DNA of 64,000 nucleotides from Candidatus Oxydemutatoraceae bacterium (GTDB lineage Bacteria; Pseudomonadota; Gammaproteobacteria; Poriferisulfidales; Oxydemutatoraceae): NCBI GenBank assembly GCA_965223735.1, contig OZ245010.1, positions 1,712,397 to 1,776,396 of the forward strand, read 5' to 3'. Shown piece by piece: positions 9,542 to 21,200 of this stretch (position 1 is its first letter; each line of letters starts with the position of its first letter). The notes under the pieces were generated by a model. It saw only the letters and a program-made list of their open reading frames with translations, ran no database searches and was not told where the DNA came from. The position numbers and the translations under genes were made by a program.

Positions 9542-11649
9542 TCGGCCGGTCGTCTGTTATAGCGTCGGGGTGTATTTTCCGCGAGTTTTGCCGCGAAGGC
9601 ATCGAGGTCGTCGATCGGTGCGAGGCAGGTTGTGCCGCGGCACCAGTAGGCGGCGGCTTCACCGCGCAGCGGCTTGTCGTGCAGGGCCGGCGGCAGGTTG
9701 GTGGCGTCGCCGGGAATCGCAAAACAAAAGCGCAGGGGCGAGTGGTGCCCGGCGGCGGTACGCCGCCATTGTGCGAGTGTATCGCCGCGCGCGCGAATGA
9801 TGATGGTCTCCGGCGGCTGGTGCTGCTCGGCCAGCGCGGACAGCAGGGTGGTGCAGTTGCTCGGCGCGTTCGCAATCGTCGCGGCGGCCTGCGCCAGTGC
9901 ACGGTCTGCGCTCTTGAGATACGCGTCGTTGCCGCACAGCAGGCCGAATCTTGCGAGCGCGAGCGTCGCGACGCCGTAACCCGACGGCGTCGCTTCGTCG
10001 TGCAATGTGCGTGGGCGCTGGATCAGCTGCTCGTGGTCGTGTGCGGTGAAATAGTAGCCGCCGTTGTCGGTGTCCTCGAAGCGCTCGAGCAGGGCGTCGG
10101 CGAGATCGAGCGCGAACGCGAGATCGTCGTCGCGCCAGCGGCATTGCAGCAGGTGGAAGATCGCGTCGAGCAGGAAGGCGTAGTCGTCGAGGTAGGCGGT
10201 GAGGTGTGCCTGCCCTTCCTTCCAGGTGGCTGACAACCGCCCGTTGCGCCATAAGCTGTCGCGTACAAAGTTAAGTGCACGCGCGGCCGACCGGTGGCAG
10301 TCGCCGTCGCCGAGCAGCCGCGCCGCCTGCGCCATGCCTCTGATCATCAGCGCGTTCCAGCTCGTCAGGATCTTGTCGTCGCGTCCGGGGCGCGGACGTT
10401 GTTCGCGGTGTGTGAACAAGGCGTGTCTGGCGCGTTCAATACCGGCTGTGCCCGTGTCGGTGTCGGTGCCGAGCGCTTCGGCGACGGCTGCGGCCTCAGC
10501 CGCGACGTGCAGGTGCCACCGGCCTTCAAAGTTCGGCACCTTGTCGAGGCCGAAATGCTGCATCGCGATCGCTGCGTCCTGCGGGGTGTCGCCGAGCACC
10601 TCGGCGACTTCGTCTTTGCGCCATACGTAGAACGCGCCTTCGCCACCCTCGGAATCGGCATCGAGCGTGGCGTAGTAGCCGCCTTCGGGCGCCTGCATCT
10701 CGCGCAACACCCAGCGCGCGGTTTCACCTGCCGCGTCGGCGAAGCGCGCGTTGCCGCTGAGGCACCAGGCTTCGGCCAGCAATCCGAGTAACGGGCCGTT
10801 GTCGTAGAGCATTTTTTCAAAGTGCGGGATCTGCCAGGCGGCGTCCACCGAGTAACGGTAAAAACCGCCGCCGAGATGGTCGTACAAGCCGCCGCAACAC
10901 ATTTTCTCCAGCGTGTAGAGTGCCGCGTACTCGGCCTGCGCATCGTCTGCGTCGTCGAGTGCGGCGCGCACGCGACAGTGCAACATGAACTGCATGAGCT
11001 CGCTGTGAGGGAATTTCGGCTCGTCGCCGAAGCCGCCGTGCACTTGGTCAAACTGCTGTATCAATGCTGCCCGCGCGGTCTCGATCAACGCCACCGCCGG
11101 CGTCGCGGTGTCGGCGGCGGGGGCGTAGATCTTGCGCAGCGCGTCCTTCAACGCTGTATTCTGGCGGCGGATGTCCGCGCGCCGCTCCCTGTAATAACTG
11201 TGCACGCGCTCGAGGATTTCCTTAAATGCTGGCAGGTTGTAGCGCGCCTCTTTGGGGAAGTAAGTGCCGCCGAAGAACGGGCAATGGTCTTGCGGGTCGA
11301 TGAACATTGTCAGCGGCCAGCCGCCGGCGCGCTGCGTGATCAGCGACTGCGAAGTCTGGTAGATCTTGTCGATGTCGGGGCGCTCCTCGCGGTCCAGTTT
11401 GATGTTCACGAACAGGCGGTTCATCAATTCCGCGGTTGTGTCGTCCTCAAAAGACTCGTGCGCCATGACGTGGCACCAGTGGCACGCTGAGTAACCGATC
11501 GACAGCAGGATCGGTTTGTCCTGCTCGCGCGCCACGGCGAAAGCCTCCTCGCCCCAGGGATACCAGTCCACCGGATTGTTCGCGTGTTGCAACAGGTAGG
11601 GACTGGTCTCCTGCGCCAGGCGGTTGGGTGAATGATGGGACGAAGACAT
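9493..11649 (-). CDS. Thioredoxin-domain protein, DUF255/YyaL family (N-acylglucosamine-2-epimerase-like fold)
   Basis: N-terminal [30 protein letters not shown] is the hallmark of DUF255 proteins. About 720 aa. The 3' end runs into the tandem repeat. Confidence 0.8.
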
Positions 11650-11878
11650 GGCGATGGTTCTCGGTGGCCGGGCGCTTATGTTATCGCGTTCCGCGGGCGG
11701 GTGCGGGCGCTTGCTATAATTTGCGCCGGTCAATCGTCTTTTGACCGCATCCTTTTATTGTAGTCAATCCGCCGAAGTAATAGATTGAGTAATAGACCGG
11801 GTAATAGATTGGTCGAGATCCGTTGCGCCATGAACCGGGTTTTTACACGAACAACTTCAGGGTGTGTTCCGCCGGACG

Positions 11879-12667
11879 ATGTTGCAGTATCCTGACATTG
11901 ACCCCGTGGCTTTTTCGATCGCCGGCGTCAAAGTGCATTGGTACGGGCTGATGTACCTGCTCGGCTTCGTGATCTTCATGTTGCTCGGGCGCGTGCGTGC
12001 GCGCGACGGCCGTTTCGGCATAACGTCGCGGGATGTCGATGACCTGCTTTTTTACGGTGTGTTCGGCGTGATCCTCGGCGGGCGCCTCGGCTACATCCTG
12101 TTTTACGACTTTGAGCGTTTTCTCTATGACCCGTCGGTGGTCTTCATGGTCTGGGAGGGCGGCATGAGCTTTCACGGCGGTCTGCTCGGGGTGTTGACCG
12201 CGCTGTGGCTGTTTGCACGCAAGCGCCGGATGCCCCTGTTGCAGGTCACCGACTTCATCGCGCCGCTGGTGCCGCTCGGTCTCGGCGCCGGACGCCTCGG
12301 CAACTTCATCAACGGCGAATTGTGGGGACGGGTGAGCGACGCGCCGTGGGCGATGGTGTTTGCGCACGTCGATGCGTTGCCGCGTCATCCGACACAACTG
12401 TATGAACTGCTGATCGAGGGTGTTCTGCTGTTTGCCGTGATGTGGATCTATTCGTCAAAGCCGCGTATGCTCGGTGCGGTCAGTGGTCTGTTCGCTTTGC
12501 TGTATGCGCTCGGGCGCATCGGCGTTGAGTTTTTGCGCGAACCCGACGCGCACCTCGGCTTCGTCGCGTGGGACTGGTTGACGATGGGACAACTGCTGAG
12601 CTTGCCGCTGCTGCTCGCCGGCGCGTGGCTGCTGTATCACTCCCGGCATCACCGGCGGATGCTGTGA
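11879..12667 (+). CDS. lgt: Prolipoprotein diacylglyceryl transferase
   Basis: Alignable to E. coli Lgt from the N-terminus (DPV.FSI....HWYGLMYL.GF). Polytopic membrane protein. lgt-thyA synteny. Confidence 0.85.
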   Translation: MLQYPDIDPVAFSIAGVKVHWYGLMYLLGFVIFMLLGRVRARDGRFGITSRDVDDLLFYGVFGVILGGRLGYILFYDFERFLYDPSVVFMVWEGGMSFHGGLLGVLTALWLFARKRRMPLLQVTDFIAPLVPLGLGAGRLGNFINGELWGRVSDAPWAMVFAHVDALPRHPTQLYELLIEGVLLFAVMWIYSSKPRMLGAVSGLFALLYALGRIGVEFLREPDAHLGFVAWDWLTMGQLLSLPLLLAGAWLLYHSRHHRRML

Positions 12668-12699
12668 AGGTGCTGGCGGTGGGTGTTGTGGAGGTGACG

Positions 12700-12915
12700 A
12701 CGGTGCGTGCTGTGAAGGTGTCGGCGGCGCCGGCTCGTTTCTGTGCTTGCGGCTCAACGTCACCGGCAGGCGTTGTGAAAATGACGACGGCGCGTGCTGT
12801 GAAGGTGTCGGCGATGGGCATTGTGTGTGAAGGTGTCAGCGGTGCCGGCTCGTTTCCGTGCTTGCGGCTCAATGTCACCGGCGGGCGTTGTGAAGATGAC
12901 GATGGTAGGCGCGAT
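12700..12915. repeat. Intergenic tandem repeat, 2 x ~113 bp, between lgt and thyA
   Basis: The unit gccggctcgtttc[t/c]gtgcttgcggctcaa[c/t]gtcaccggc[a/g]ggcgttgtgaa[a/g]atgacga occurs twice (about 12730 and about 12843), together with repeated gctgtgaaggtgtcggcg. Confidence 0.6.
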
Positions 12916-12942
12916 GACCCGTGCTGAACCGTACTGCTCTCC

Positions 12943-13755
12943 GTGTTATTGGCGGCTGTCGTGAAAGCGTATCTTGAACTGCTGTCTGCCGTGCTTGAAC
13001 GCGGCGTCGCCAAAGACGACCGCACCGGCACCGGCACACGCTCGCTGTTCGGTTGGCAGTCGCGTTATGACCTCGCGCAGGGTTTTCCGCTGGTGACGAC
13101 CAAGCGCGTGCATTTCAAATCGGTGGTGTATGAGTTGCTGTGGTTTTTGCGCGGCGACACCAACGTTGCTTATCTCAACTGCAATGGCGTGACGATCTGG
13201 GACGAGTGGGCCGACGAGGACGGCAACCTGGGGCCGATCTACGGCCGGCAGTGGCGCTCGTGGCCCGCACCGAACATGATGTACATTGATCAGATGCAGC
13301 AGGTGGTGGAAGACCTCCGCGCCGATCCCGATTCGCGTCGGCTGCTGGTGTGCGCGTGGAATGTCGGTGAACTTGAACTCATGCGCCTGCCGCCGTGCCA
13401 TGTGCTGTTCCAGTTTTACGCGGCGCACGGGCGCCTTTCATGCCAGCTTTATCAGCGAAGCGCCGACGTTTTTCTCGGGGTGCCGTTCAACATTGCGTCT
13501 TATTCACTGCTGACGCTGATGGTCGCGCAGGTGTGCGGTCTGAAACCAGGGGAGTTCGTCCACACTTTTGGTGACGTGCATCTTTACGACAGCCATGTTG
13601 CGCAGGCGCGCGAGCAGTTGCGGCGTATGCCGAAACCACTGCCGCGCATCGAACTCAATCCGCAGGTGCAAAACCTTTTCTCTTTCGGATACGACGACGT
13701 TCGCCTGCTCGACTACGAAGCGCATCCGCCGATCGCGGCACCGGTCGCCGTATGA
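12943..13755 (+). CDS. thyA: Thymidylate synthase (copy 1)
   Basis: Full-length ThyA: [16 protein letters not shown] (catalytic Cys), [26 protein letters not shown] at 12961 is an alternative start. Confidence 0.9.
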   Translation: MLLAAVVKAYLELLSAVLERGVAKDDRTGTGTRSLFGWQSRYDLAQGFPLVTTKRVHFKSVVYELLWFLRGDTNVAYLNCNGVTIWDEWADEDGNLGPIYGRQWRSWPAPNMMYIDQMQQVVEDLRADPDSRRLLVCAWNVGELELMRLPPCHVLFQFYAAHGRLSCQLYQRSADVFLGVPFNIASYSLLTLMVAQVCGLKPGEFVHTFGDVHLYDSHVAQAREQLRRMPKPLPRIELNPQVQNLFSFGYDDVRLLDYEAHPPIAAPVAV

Positions 13756-14255
13756 GCGACGCAACCCCGCCGCTGAACCTCACGCTGATCGTCGCGCACG
13801 CGCGCAACCGCGTGATCGGCAAAGACCATGCGATGCCGTGGCATTTGTCGGCGGATCTCAAGCGGTTCAGGCGGATCACGACCGGCAGGCCGGTGGTGAT
13901 GGGGCGCAGGACTTTCGAAACCCTCGCGCGGCCGTTGCCCGAACGACGCAATATCGTGCTCAGCCGCGACCCCGCGTACACTGCCGCCGGCTGCGAAGTC
14001 GTGCATGGCCTCGATGAACTGCACGCGTTGCTTGGCGATGAGGAATGTATGGTCATCGGCGGCGCAGAGGTGTACCGCCAGTGCCTGCCGCTGTGTCGGC
14101 GTATTCATCTTACGCTGGTGCAGGCCGAACCCGACGGTGACGTTTTCTTTCCGGAACTTGATAAAGGCGAGTGGCAGTGGGAGCAGGTGGGAGAACATTT
14201 CGCTGATGAGAAGAATGATTATGAGATGGTGTTTTGGGAGTTGCGGAGGAGGTGA
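13752..14255 (+). CDS. folA: Dihydrofolate reductase (copy 1)
   Basis: DHFR signature [23 protein letters not shown]...[16 protein letters not shown] overlap with thyA. Confidence 0.9.
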   Translation: MSDATPPLNLTLIVAHARNRVIGKDHAMPWHLSADLKRFRRITTGRPVVMGRRTFETLARPLPERRNIVLSRDPAYTAAGCEVVHGLDELHALLGDEECMVIGGAEVYRQCLPLCRRIHLTLVQAEPDGDVFFPELDKGEWQWEQVGEHFADEKNDYEMVFWELRRR

Positions 14256-14294
14256 AATGGAGTTATCTAGATGTAGTTTCTTCCAATTTTTAAG

Positions 14295-14311
14295 CCCCCC
14301 CCCCCCCCCCC
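14295..14311 (+). repeat. Homopolymer tract (17 C) at the 3' junction of thyA-folA copy 1
   Basis: Seen directly in the sequence. Confidence 0.9.
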
Positions 14312-14657
14312 TGTTGTTAAAAAAAGTTTTGCATACTGAAGCCGTGGTTTCCCTGCAAACATTAAGCGGCTATACTGGAACCCTGCTGCGTTGATGAAGT
14401 GGGGCGCGAGGGCTTTCCGGTCAGAATCGCCGTTTTCGCGCTTGATCCGGGGGTCCTCGGGTTCAGGGGGGCGCCGGGGCGAAAACGACGCCCGGAGCGC
14501 GCGTATTTGAGGCGATCGGTACCCGGGCGGGGACTGGGCATACCCCCGATGTAATACAATCGGGGAAAATCAAGATTGATATATAATTCCAAAAACATTA
14601 ACCCCGCGGGGAGTCTCCCTACCGGGGAGTCTCCTTGCAGAACTGAGGAGAATGACG

Positions 14658-14831
14658 ATGGAAATAACTTTAGAAACCGTCTATGACAAGATCCAGGATT
14701 TGGATCGCAAGATTGACGAATCAAGAATCAAGACCACACAGTGGGTGGTCGGCATCTTCATCGGCGCGGTAGTGATCATCTCTGCCATTGCAGGCGTCTA
14801 TACCTCGGCTCTCATACTGCTGGCCAAGTAA
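14658..14831 (+). CDS. Small coiled-coil protein with a C-terminal TM helix (57 aa), XhlA/DUF1640-like
   Basis: MEITLETVYDKIQDLDRKIDESRIKTTQWVVGIFIGAVVIISAIAGVYTSALILLAK. RBS gaggag 8 nt upstream, a TATAAT box at about 14585-14590, and a terminator hairpin downstream. Local GC is far below backbone. Below the 60-aa ORF cut-off, so absent from the supplied track. Confidence 0.4.
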   Translation: MEITLETVYDKIQDLDRKIDESRIKTTQWVVGIFIGAVVIISAIAGVYTSALILLAK

Positions 14832-14881
14832 AAACCGGAAGCGGCTGACGACGCCGCGCCCTCAAAAGTCCATACATTTGT

Positions 14882-14906
14882 GCCCCGCTGATATGCGGGG
14901 CGTTTT
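14882..14906 (+). terminator. Rho-independent terminator hairpin
   Basis: gccccgc-tgatat-gcggggc followed by GTTTT. Confidence 0.5.
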
Positions 14907-15036
14907 CATCGGCGGAACAGCCCCGGTGATCCGTGGCCACCGGCCGGGTATCCCGCGCCGGAGCGACACCGCAGCGCCGCCCAGATACAGGACTTTAGCC
15001 GGGCGCGATGACCCGTGCTGAACCGTACTGCTCTCC

Positions 15037-15849
15037 GTGTTATTGGCGGCTGTCGTGAAAGCGTATCTTGAACTGCTGTCTGCCGTGCTTGAACGCGGCG
15101 TCGCCAAAGACGACCGCACCGGCACCGGCACGCGCTCGCTGTTCGGCTGGCAGTCGCGTTATGACCTCGCGCAGGGTTTTCCGCTGGTGACGACCAAGCG
15201 CGTGCATTTCAAATCGGTGGTGTATGAGTTGCTGTGGTTTTTGCGCGGCGACACCAACGTTGCTTATCTCAACCGCAACGGCGTGACGATCTGGGACGAG
15301 TGGGCCGACGAGGACGGCAACCTGGGGCCGATCTACGGCCGGCAGTGGCGCTCGTGGCCCGCGCCGAACATGATGTACATTGATCAAGTGCAGCAAGTGG
15401 TGGACGACCTCTGCGCCGACCCTGATTCGCGTCGGCTGCTGGTGTGCGCGTGGAACGTCGGTGAACTTGAATTCATGCACCTGCCGCCGTGTCATGTGCT
15501 GTTCCAGTTTTACGCGGCGCATGGGCGCCTTTCATGCCAGCTTTATCAGCGAAGCGCCGACGTTTTTCTCGGGGTGCCGTTCAACATTGCGTCTTATTCA
15601 CTGCTGACGCTGATGGTCGCACAGGTGTGCGGTCTGGAACCTGGGGAGTTCGTCCACACTTTCGGCGACGTGCACCTGTACGACAGCCATGTTGCGCAGG
15701 CGCGGGAGCAGTTGCGGCGTGCGCCGAAACCACTGCCGCGCATCGAACTCAATCCGCAGGTGCAGAACCTTTTCTCTTTCGGATACAATGACGTTCACCT
15801 GCTCGACTACGAAGCGCATCCGCCGATCGCGGCGCCGGTCGCCGTATGA
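15037..15849 (+). CDS. thyA: Thymidylate synthase (copy 2, about 97% identical to copy 1)
   Basis: Same architecture as copy 1. Differs by scattered synonymous and nonsynonymous substitutions, for example C->R in LNCNG and M->V in DQMQQ. Confidence 0.9.
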   Translation: MLLAAVVKAYLELLSAVLERGVAKDDRTGTGTRSLFGWQSRYDLAQGFPLVTTKRVHFKSVVYELLWFLRGDTNVAYLNRNGVTIWDEWADEDGNLGPIYGRQWRSWPAPNMMYIDQVQQVVDDLCADPDSRRLLVCAWNVGELEFMHLPPCHVLFQFYAAHGRLSCQLYQRSADVFLGVPFNIASYSLLTLMVAQVCGLEPGEFVHTFGDVHLYDSHVAQAREQLRRAPKPLPRIELNPQVQNLFSFGYNDVHLLDYEAHPPIAAPVAV

Positions 15850-16349
15850 GCGACGCGACCCCGCCGTTGAACGTCACGCTGATCGTCGCACACGCGCGCA
15901 ACCGCGTGATCGGCAAAGACCATGCGATGGTGTGGCATTTGTCGGCGGATCTCAAGCGATTCAGGCGGATCACGACCGGCAGGCCGGTGGTGATGGGGCG
16001 CAGGACTTTCGAAACCCTCGCGCGGCCGTTGCCAGAACGACGCAATATCGTGCTCAGCCGCGACTTTGCGTACGTCGCTGCCGGTTGCGAAGTCATGCAC
16101 GCACTCGATGAACTGCACGTGTTGCCCGGCGATGAGGAATGTATGGTCATCGGCGGCGCAGAGGTGTACCGCCAGTGCCTGCCGCTGTGCCGGCGTATTC
16201 ATCTCACGCTGGTGCAGGCCGAACCCGACGGCGACGTTTTCTTTCCGGAGCTTGATAAAGGCGAGTGGCAGTGGGAGCAGGTGGGAGAGCATTCCGCTGA
16301 TGAGAAGAATGATTATGAGATGGTGTTTTGGGAATTGCGGAGGAGGTGA
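15846..16349 (+). CDS. folA: Dihydrofolate reductase (copy 2, diverged)
   Basis: Same as copy 1 but with AMPWHL->AMVWHL, DPAYT->DFAYV, VVHGL->VMHAL, ALLGD->VLPGD and EHFADE->EHSADE. Confidence 0.9.
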   Translation: MSDATPPLNVTLIVAHARNRVIGKDHAMVWHLSADLKRFRRITTGRPVVMGRRTFETLARPLPERRNIVLSRDFAYVAAGCEVMHALDELHVLPGDEECMVIGGAEVYRQCLPLCRRIHLTLVQAEPDGDVFFPELDKGEWQWEQVGEHSADEKNDYEMVFWELRRR

Positions 16350-16447
16350 AGTGGAGTTATCTAGATGTAGTTTCTTCCCAATACTTTTTAATATGCCCCC
16401 CCCCTGATGCTGCTAGAAAAATTTGGAAGATGAGTTTAGTTTCTACC

Positions 16448-17010
16448 GTTGTGAATTGCGGATAGGCCTTGGTCAGTTATACTTTTTATGCGCCGTGTCA
16501 TAATAGAGCTCCTGTTGTGAATTGCGGATAGGCCTTGGTCAGTTATACTCCCGCGCTCCAGGAACGTCCATCATCTCCAGTTGTGAATTGCGGATAGGCC
16601 TTGGTCAGTTATACTGCTGATCATATTCTACCGGTGGATGGAGGCGTTGTGAATTGCGGATAGGCCTTGGTCAGTTATACTATTCAGTTCCTCAATTAAA
16701 ACACCTTTAGCGTTGTGAATTGCGGATAGGCCTTGGTCAGTTATACTGCAACACATCGTGCTGTCGTGTTGGGGCATGTTGTGAATTGCGGATAGGCCTT
16801 GGTCAGTTATACTAAGCTGCTTATCGACAACCTTCTGTGTCAGTTGTGAATTGCGGATAGGCCTTGGTCAGTTATACTTACCGCACGTTCCCTGTCTTTA
16901 CCAGTCAAGTTGTGAATTGCGGATAGGCCTTGGTCAGTTATACTTGAACTGATTGCGCCTCTACCCCCTGATTAGTTGTGAATTGCGGATAGGCCTTGGT
17001 CAGTTATACT
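16448..17010. CRISPR. CRISPR array: 9 direct repeats of 36 bp with 8 spacers of 29-30 bp
   Basis: Perfect repeat GTTGTGAATTGCGGATAGGCCTTGGTCAGTTATACT at 16448, 16514, 16580, 16646, 16712, 16778, 16843, 16909 and 16975. Spacers are unique and of mixed GC. A 48-bp AT-rich leader-like segment separates the array from the cas2 stop. Confidence 0.95.
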
Positions 17011-17058
17011 CGCCACAATGCAACAGGCTGATTTTTATAAAATTTCCAAGTATTGGAA

Positions 17059-17391
17059 TTACAGAAATTCCAGTTGTGTGGGTGGTTGTTCAATTGGTTT
17101 GGTCTTTTTTCCGTAGAAAACTTGTATTTTCCCAAATTGTTTATCGGTAATTTTTAGGATTCTTATTTCTCCATCGGGTGGCAGACAGCTTTTAACGCGT
17201 GCCACATGAACTTGTGCATTTTCTTCACTCGCACAGTGTCGCATATAAACAGAATACTGCATCATACCAAAGCCATCTACTAATAGGTTCTTCCGGAATT
17301 TGGAGTATTGTTTTCTTGCTGACTTAGTATCTGTCGGGAGATCAAACAATACAATAACCCACATAGTATGCGTTCCTCCAAAGCTAATCAT
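17059..17391 (-). CDS. cas2: CRISPR-associated endoribonuclease Cas2
   Basis: About 100 aa, MWVIVLFDLP..YSVYMRHC, typical of Cas2. 4-nt overlap with cas1. Alternative start at 17364. Confidence 0.85.
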   Translation of the reverse strand: MISFGGTHTMWVIVLFDLPTDTKSARKQYSKFRKNLLVDGFGMMQYSVYMRHCASEENAQVHVARVKSCLPPDGEIRILKITDKQFGKIQVFYGKKTKPIEQPPTQLEFL

Positions 17392-18287
17392 TGATCTTCC
17401 TTAATTCTCGTTGGAATATTCAGAGCTTTGGTTGCGCCAAACATCACGGATTTTAGATTAGCCATAAGATGGTGAGAGGCAACCATTAGGGGCAAGGGTT
17501 GGTCTTTCCAAATTACAGCGTTGCTAAGTAATTCTAGTAAATATCGTTTGTTATTTTTACAAATTTTTGGTTCGGAATCTTGCCTTGCAATTTTCCAAAC
17601 TACTAAATCAACCCAAGGACGGAAAGGTTCCATTAAATCGTCTGCTAGACAAAGTCCGTTGTACTGATTGTGGTGGTGTAATCCTAATGCCGGATGAAGC
17701 CCGCTACCCACTAATGATCGAGCCACCATTGCCCGGATGATGGCGTAACCATAGTTAAGTAAGGCGTTGATGCCACTTTGGTTACGGTCTCGACGAAAGT
17801 TTTGTCCCATTAACAAGCGCCAGTACAGTTGTGCTGCTTGAGCTTCATGATTTTCTTTATCGCTGGATTTTACCTTTATAGCTATACGTTTTAGTGTTGC
17901 TGAACTGACATTTAGGCGGTCTAAAGTATCTACTTGCTGTATGATTTTGTGGCGAACAATCTGCTGCCATAGACGATTTTTAGTTGATTTAGAAACTGAT
18001 ATTTGTTGCTGCAGAACCTTTGTATGCAGACTGTGTCCTTCACTAATCGGCAAAATAACGGAGTAAGGGATGTATTGCTCGTCACAGAAAACAACAACCG
18101 TATTGTTTTTTTGGCATACGATTAGTGTTTTTTGAGTAATAACAATTGCAGGGTGTTGTAGTATGAGAATCCCTATATCTTCAACTGGAATAACAGCCGC
18201 TAATTCCCCTGATTTTTCTATTAAGAGTTGATTGTTTTGGGTGCGAATATATGCCCGTTCACTGATATCAACCGTCCGCTTAATCAT
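17388..18287 (-). CDS. cas1: CRISPR-associated endonuclease Cas1 (type II)
   Basis: 299 aa. N-terminal YIRTQNNQLLIEKSGE and Cas1 fold, located between cas9 and cas2. Confidence 0.9.
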   Translation of the reverse strand: MIKRTVDISERAYIRTQNNQLLIEKSGELAAVIPVEDIGILILQHPAIVITQKTLIVCQKNNTVVVFCDEQYIPYSVILPISEGHSLHTKVLQQQISVSKSTKNRLWQQIVRHKIIQQVDTLDRLNVSSATLKRIAIKVKSSDKENHEAQAAQLYWRLLMGQNFRRDRNQSGINALLNYGYAIIRAMVARSLVGSGLHPALGLHHHNQYNGLCLADDLMEPFRPWVDLVVWKIARQDSEPKICKNNKRYLLELLSNAVIWKDQPLPLMVASHHLMANLKSVMFGATKALNIPTRIKEDQ

Positions 18288-21200
18288 CCAACGATTTTCC
18301 TATTGCATTTATTTTCAAAGGTTTCAATTCATATTGCATTAGTGCGGGAATCGTTGATTCTCTATCTAGCAATGTTTCAGTTGGGTTGTTAATTTCGGCT
18401 GCTGTATGCAAACGTAGCTTTAGATGCTTTCCCTGTTGGTCGATCTTTTGAATTCTATATATTTTATTTGTTTTATCTTTTTGTATTGAAACCAAATCAT
18501 TAATATGCAATGCCATGACAAACTCGTAATCTTTGCCATGTTGAGTTTCAACTATTGGGCGTTTAGCTCCATTGATGCCTCGTGCGCGATAAGCCGCTTC
18601 CATCATAGTGATAAAAACCCCCTTGTGGCTGCCATTTTTTGTGACGAATAACTTCCACATGATGAATATTTCCATACGTCATCCACCGAAAAATCTCTCC
18701 TTGCTTGTTACGAATACCGAATTTTGTTTTTTCTAGTCTTGACTTATTGGTCTTAGATTGAATCATGCGTACCCGTTTTATTGGTGTTCTACCGTCTTTG
18801 TGATAAACTCCTTTTGAAAAGGCTTCTTTAGGGTTGTTATCATGCTTTTTCAAATGTTTTCGTACTTGTTTTTTAATGGCAGGGTCGCAAATTTTATCAA
18901 CTCGGAATTGAGTAAACTTCCCGTCCAGTTTTTTTCTGTAAACTGTACCAACTCCTTTTACAAATCCTGCACCTGTATCTTCATGCAGCTTTCCGCTGAT
19001 TTTGCGTCGTGGCACATGGGAGACGATCATATTTTCCAAATGCGATTCTGTTTCCGCACGTAAATCTTGCCAAGGGGGGTCCGTTAATAAATCGCGCATA
19101 CCAAGGCCAGTGCGTTTATCAGCTTGTAAACTATTAGCAGTAGTAAAGAGTGTCTGATAAAACCCTCTATCAATGCACGCGGTAACAACTGCATCTATTG
19201 CGTGATGGCGATGATCTTTTCGTTCTTTTTTATTGGTTTTACCTAATAGGCTGTTAAGGTCCCAATGACGGCATAACCAGTAGGTCATTATTCCACGTGT
19301 AAAGGATATATCGGCCCCAAGCGTTTTTAGATATTCGTGTGCTTCCCGACAAATGTAACGAGTGTCGGTAAGTTGGCTCCCAATGAAGTCTCTTTCCAGT
19401 AAATCAGATTCAACCATGTAAAACCGCTTTTGTTTGATAAGTAATTTTTTCCCCCATCGGGGAAGTGCCTGGGTAATCTGATTCCATTTTTCTGGATTAC
19501 TACCAAAAGCATCTTTGGGAGTGCGATTGCCTTTAGCGCGATTCTCCTCAGCAAAGCAAACGACTTTGTTCATGTAGGAATCATCTAAAGATCTACTCAA
19601 TGGCAGAATATGGTCTATTTCTGTGTTAGCACTGAATAAATTTGCTCTGCAGATCATTCCCCCGCTGTAAATGCAACACTCGTTTTGATCTTTCCACAGT
19701 CGATATTTTATTCTTATGGCAGGTTGTGGGTAACTGCTGAGATTAAGCTCGGGGTGCTGCTTACAAAATCCTTTATATTCTTCAACTGCTTCATTATTCA
19801 TTTGAGTCTTCTTATTCTCTTGCTCTATATGTTCTTTGTGTCGTTTGGTGTTCATTTTCAAATCCCGCAACATTTCTATGCGAATAGTATCCGGTTTGCC
19901 GTGCTCCACAATAACAGCGTTAATTACTCGCCGCAGTTCATGCAAAGCTTTATTCACAATCGGGTTGCGTGTCTCAGGTGGCCAACCTAGGCGGTCGGCA
20001 ATTTTCACTTCTGTTTTATATCCATATCCCGCGGCAATTCTGGCATCGGAATAAATTTTCCCTTCCATCATATACGGCAATAATTTTTTAATGGCCTTTG
20101 AAGAAAGATTTGCGTGTCCAGGCTCAAATTCAATCATGCACAAACGAACTGCTGTATTGCCATTGTATTTCCAGTGATTCATAAGACGTTTTTTCAGTGC
20201 GGACTTTTTCCGAATTGTTATCAAATCTTCGACCAAAGCGAATTGTTTTTCTGCCGAATATTCATCCCACTCTGAAATGACTTCACGTATGGCACAAGCA
20301 GTTGTGTTCCCATTTAACTTTTTAACACTAGTCTTAAGGTTGAACTGTGTGCCTCGATCCAATCTCAGACCTTCGTGAATTTTAGGAAATTTCGGATGCG
20401 AGTTATTCTCAAACAAGAGCCAAAGCATTTCTCTTTCTGTATTGCTTAAAGATATATACCGTTCGGAGTTGCTGTCGAAATATCGCAAGTTATTGATGTC
20501 TTGCATGTAACGAAATTTTTGGTACTCGAGGCGTGCAACTGAACTGCGCGTACAGTCTTTTTCAAGAGAGCACTTGTCAACACGATCAGGGTTTAGTTTG
20601 ATTGGTCGTTGATGAAAAACAATATCTTCTATCTGTTCCTTTGATTCATTGGTCAACATATCGTGACATTGAGATTGTTGTTGCCAAATAGCGTCCAGTT
20701 CTTCCTTATACATTCTTCGGTCGGTTCTAAGGAGCCCTCCATCGTGAAGACGATTTCGCTTACATTCATGTGCGGGCAATGAGGCCAAATATTCCCCAAG
20801 CGTTCTGTAACCCGATTGCTCAATTTTGTCTCTTACTTGACTGATATCTTTTTTGAAATCCGTTTCCTCCTCGTTATCTTTGGCAGTAGCATCAGAGGCA
20901 TCTTCACCTAGTTCTTCCATGGTTGCGAGAACGTCAGGATCATCCAGCATATCTTGTCCAAGTAAGGTTTTTTTATTACTTAAAAATCCTCGGCGTTGTA
21001 CCAAGTGCAACAATACGCGCCCCAGTTCATAAGGCGAGAGTGGCTCGTCCAGTGCCTTAGCCCGCAATTGGTACGGATCGCCTAATTTATTGAGCATAAT
21101 TTCCGGTTGCGGGTCCTGCTTCAACGATTCTGGCAGAAGGTTCAATCTGATCAGGTAGCGCAACATCTTTTGTTTGCGCCGTGTTCTGCGTTGAATAACT

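Noticed and set aside
12480-13037. ORF 12480..13037(-) overlapping the thyA start
   Set aside because: Low-complexity Ser/Thr/Ala-rich translation across the intergenic tandem repeat, antisense to lgt and thyA.
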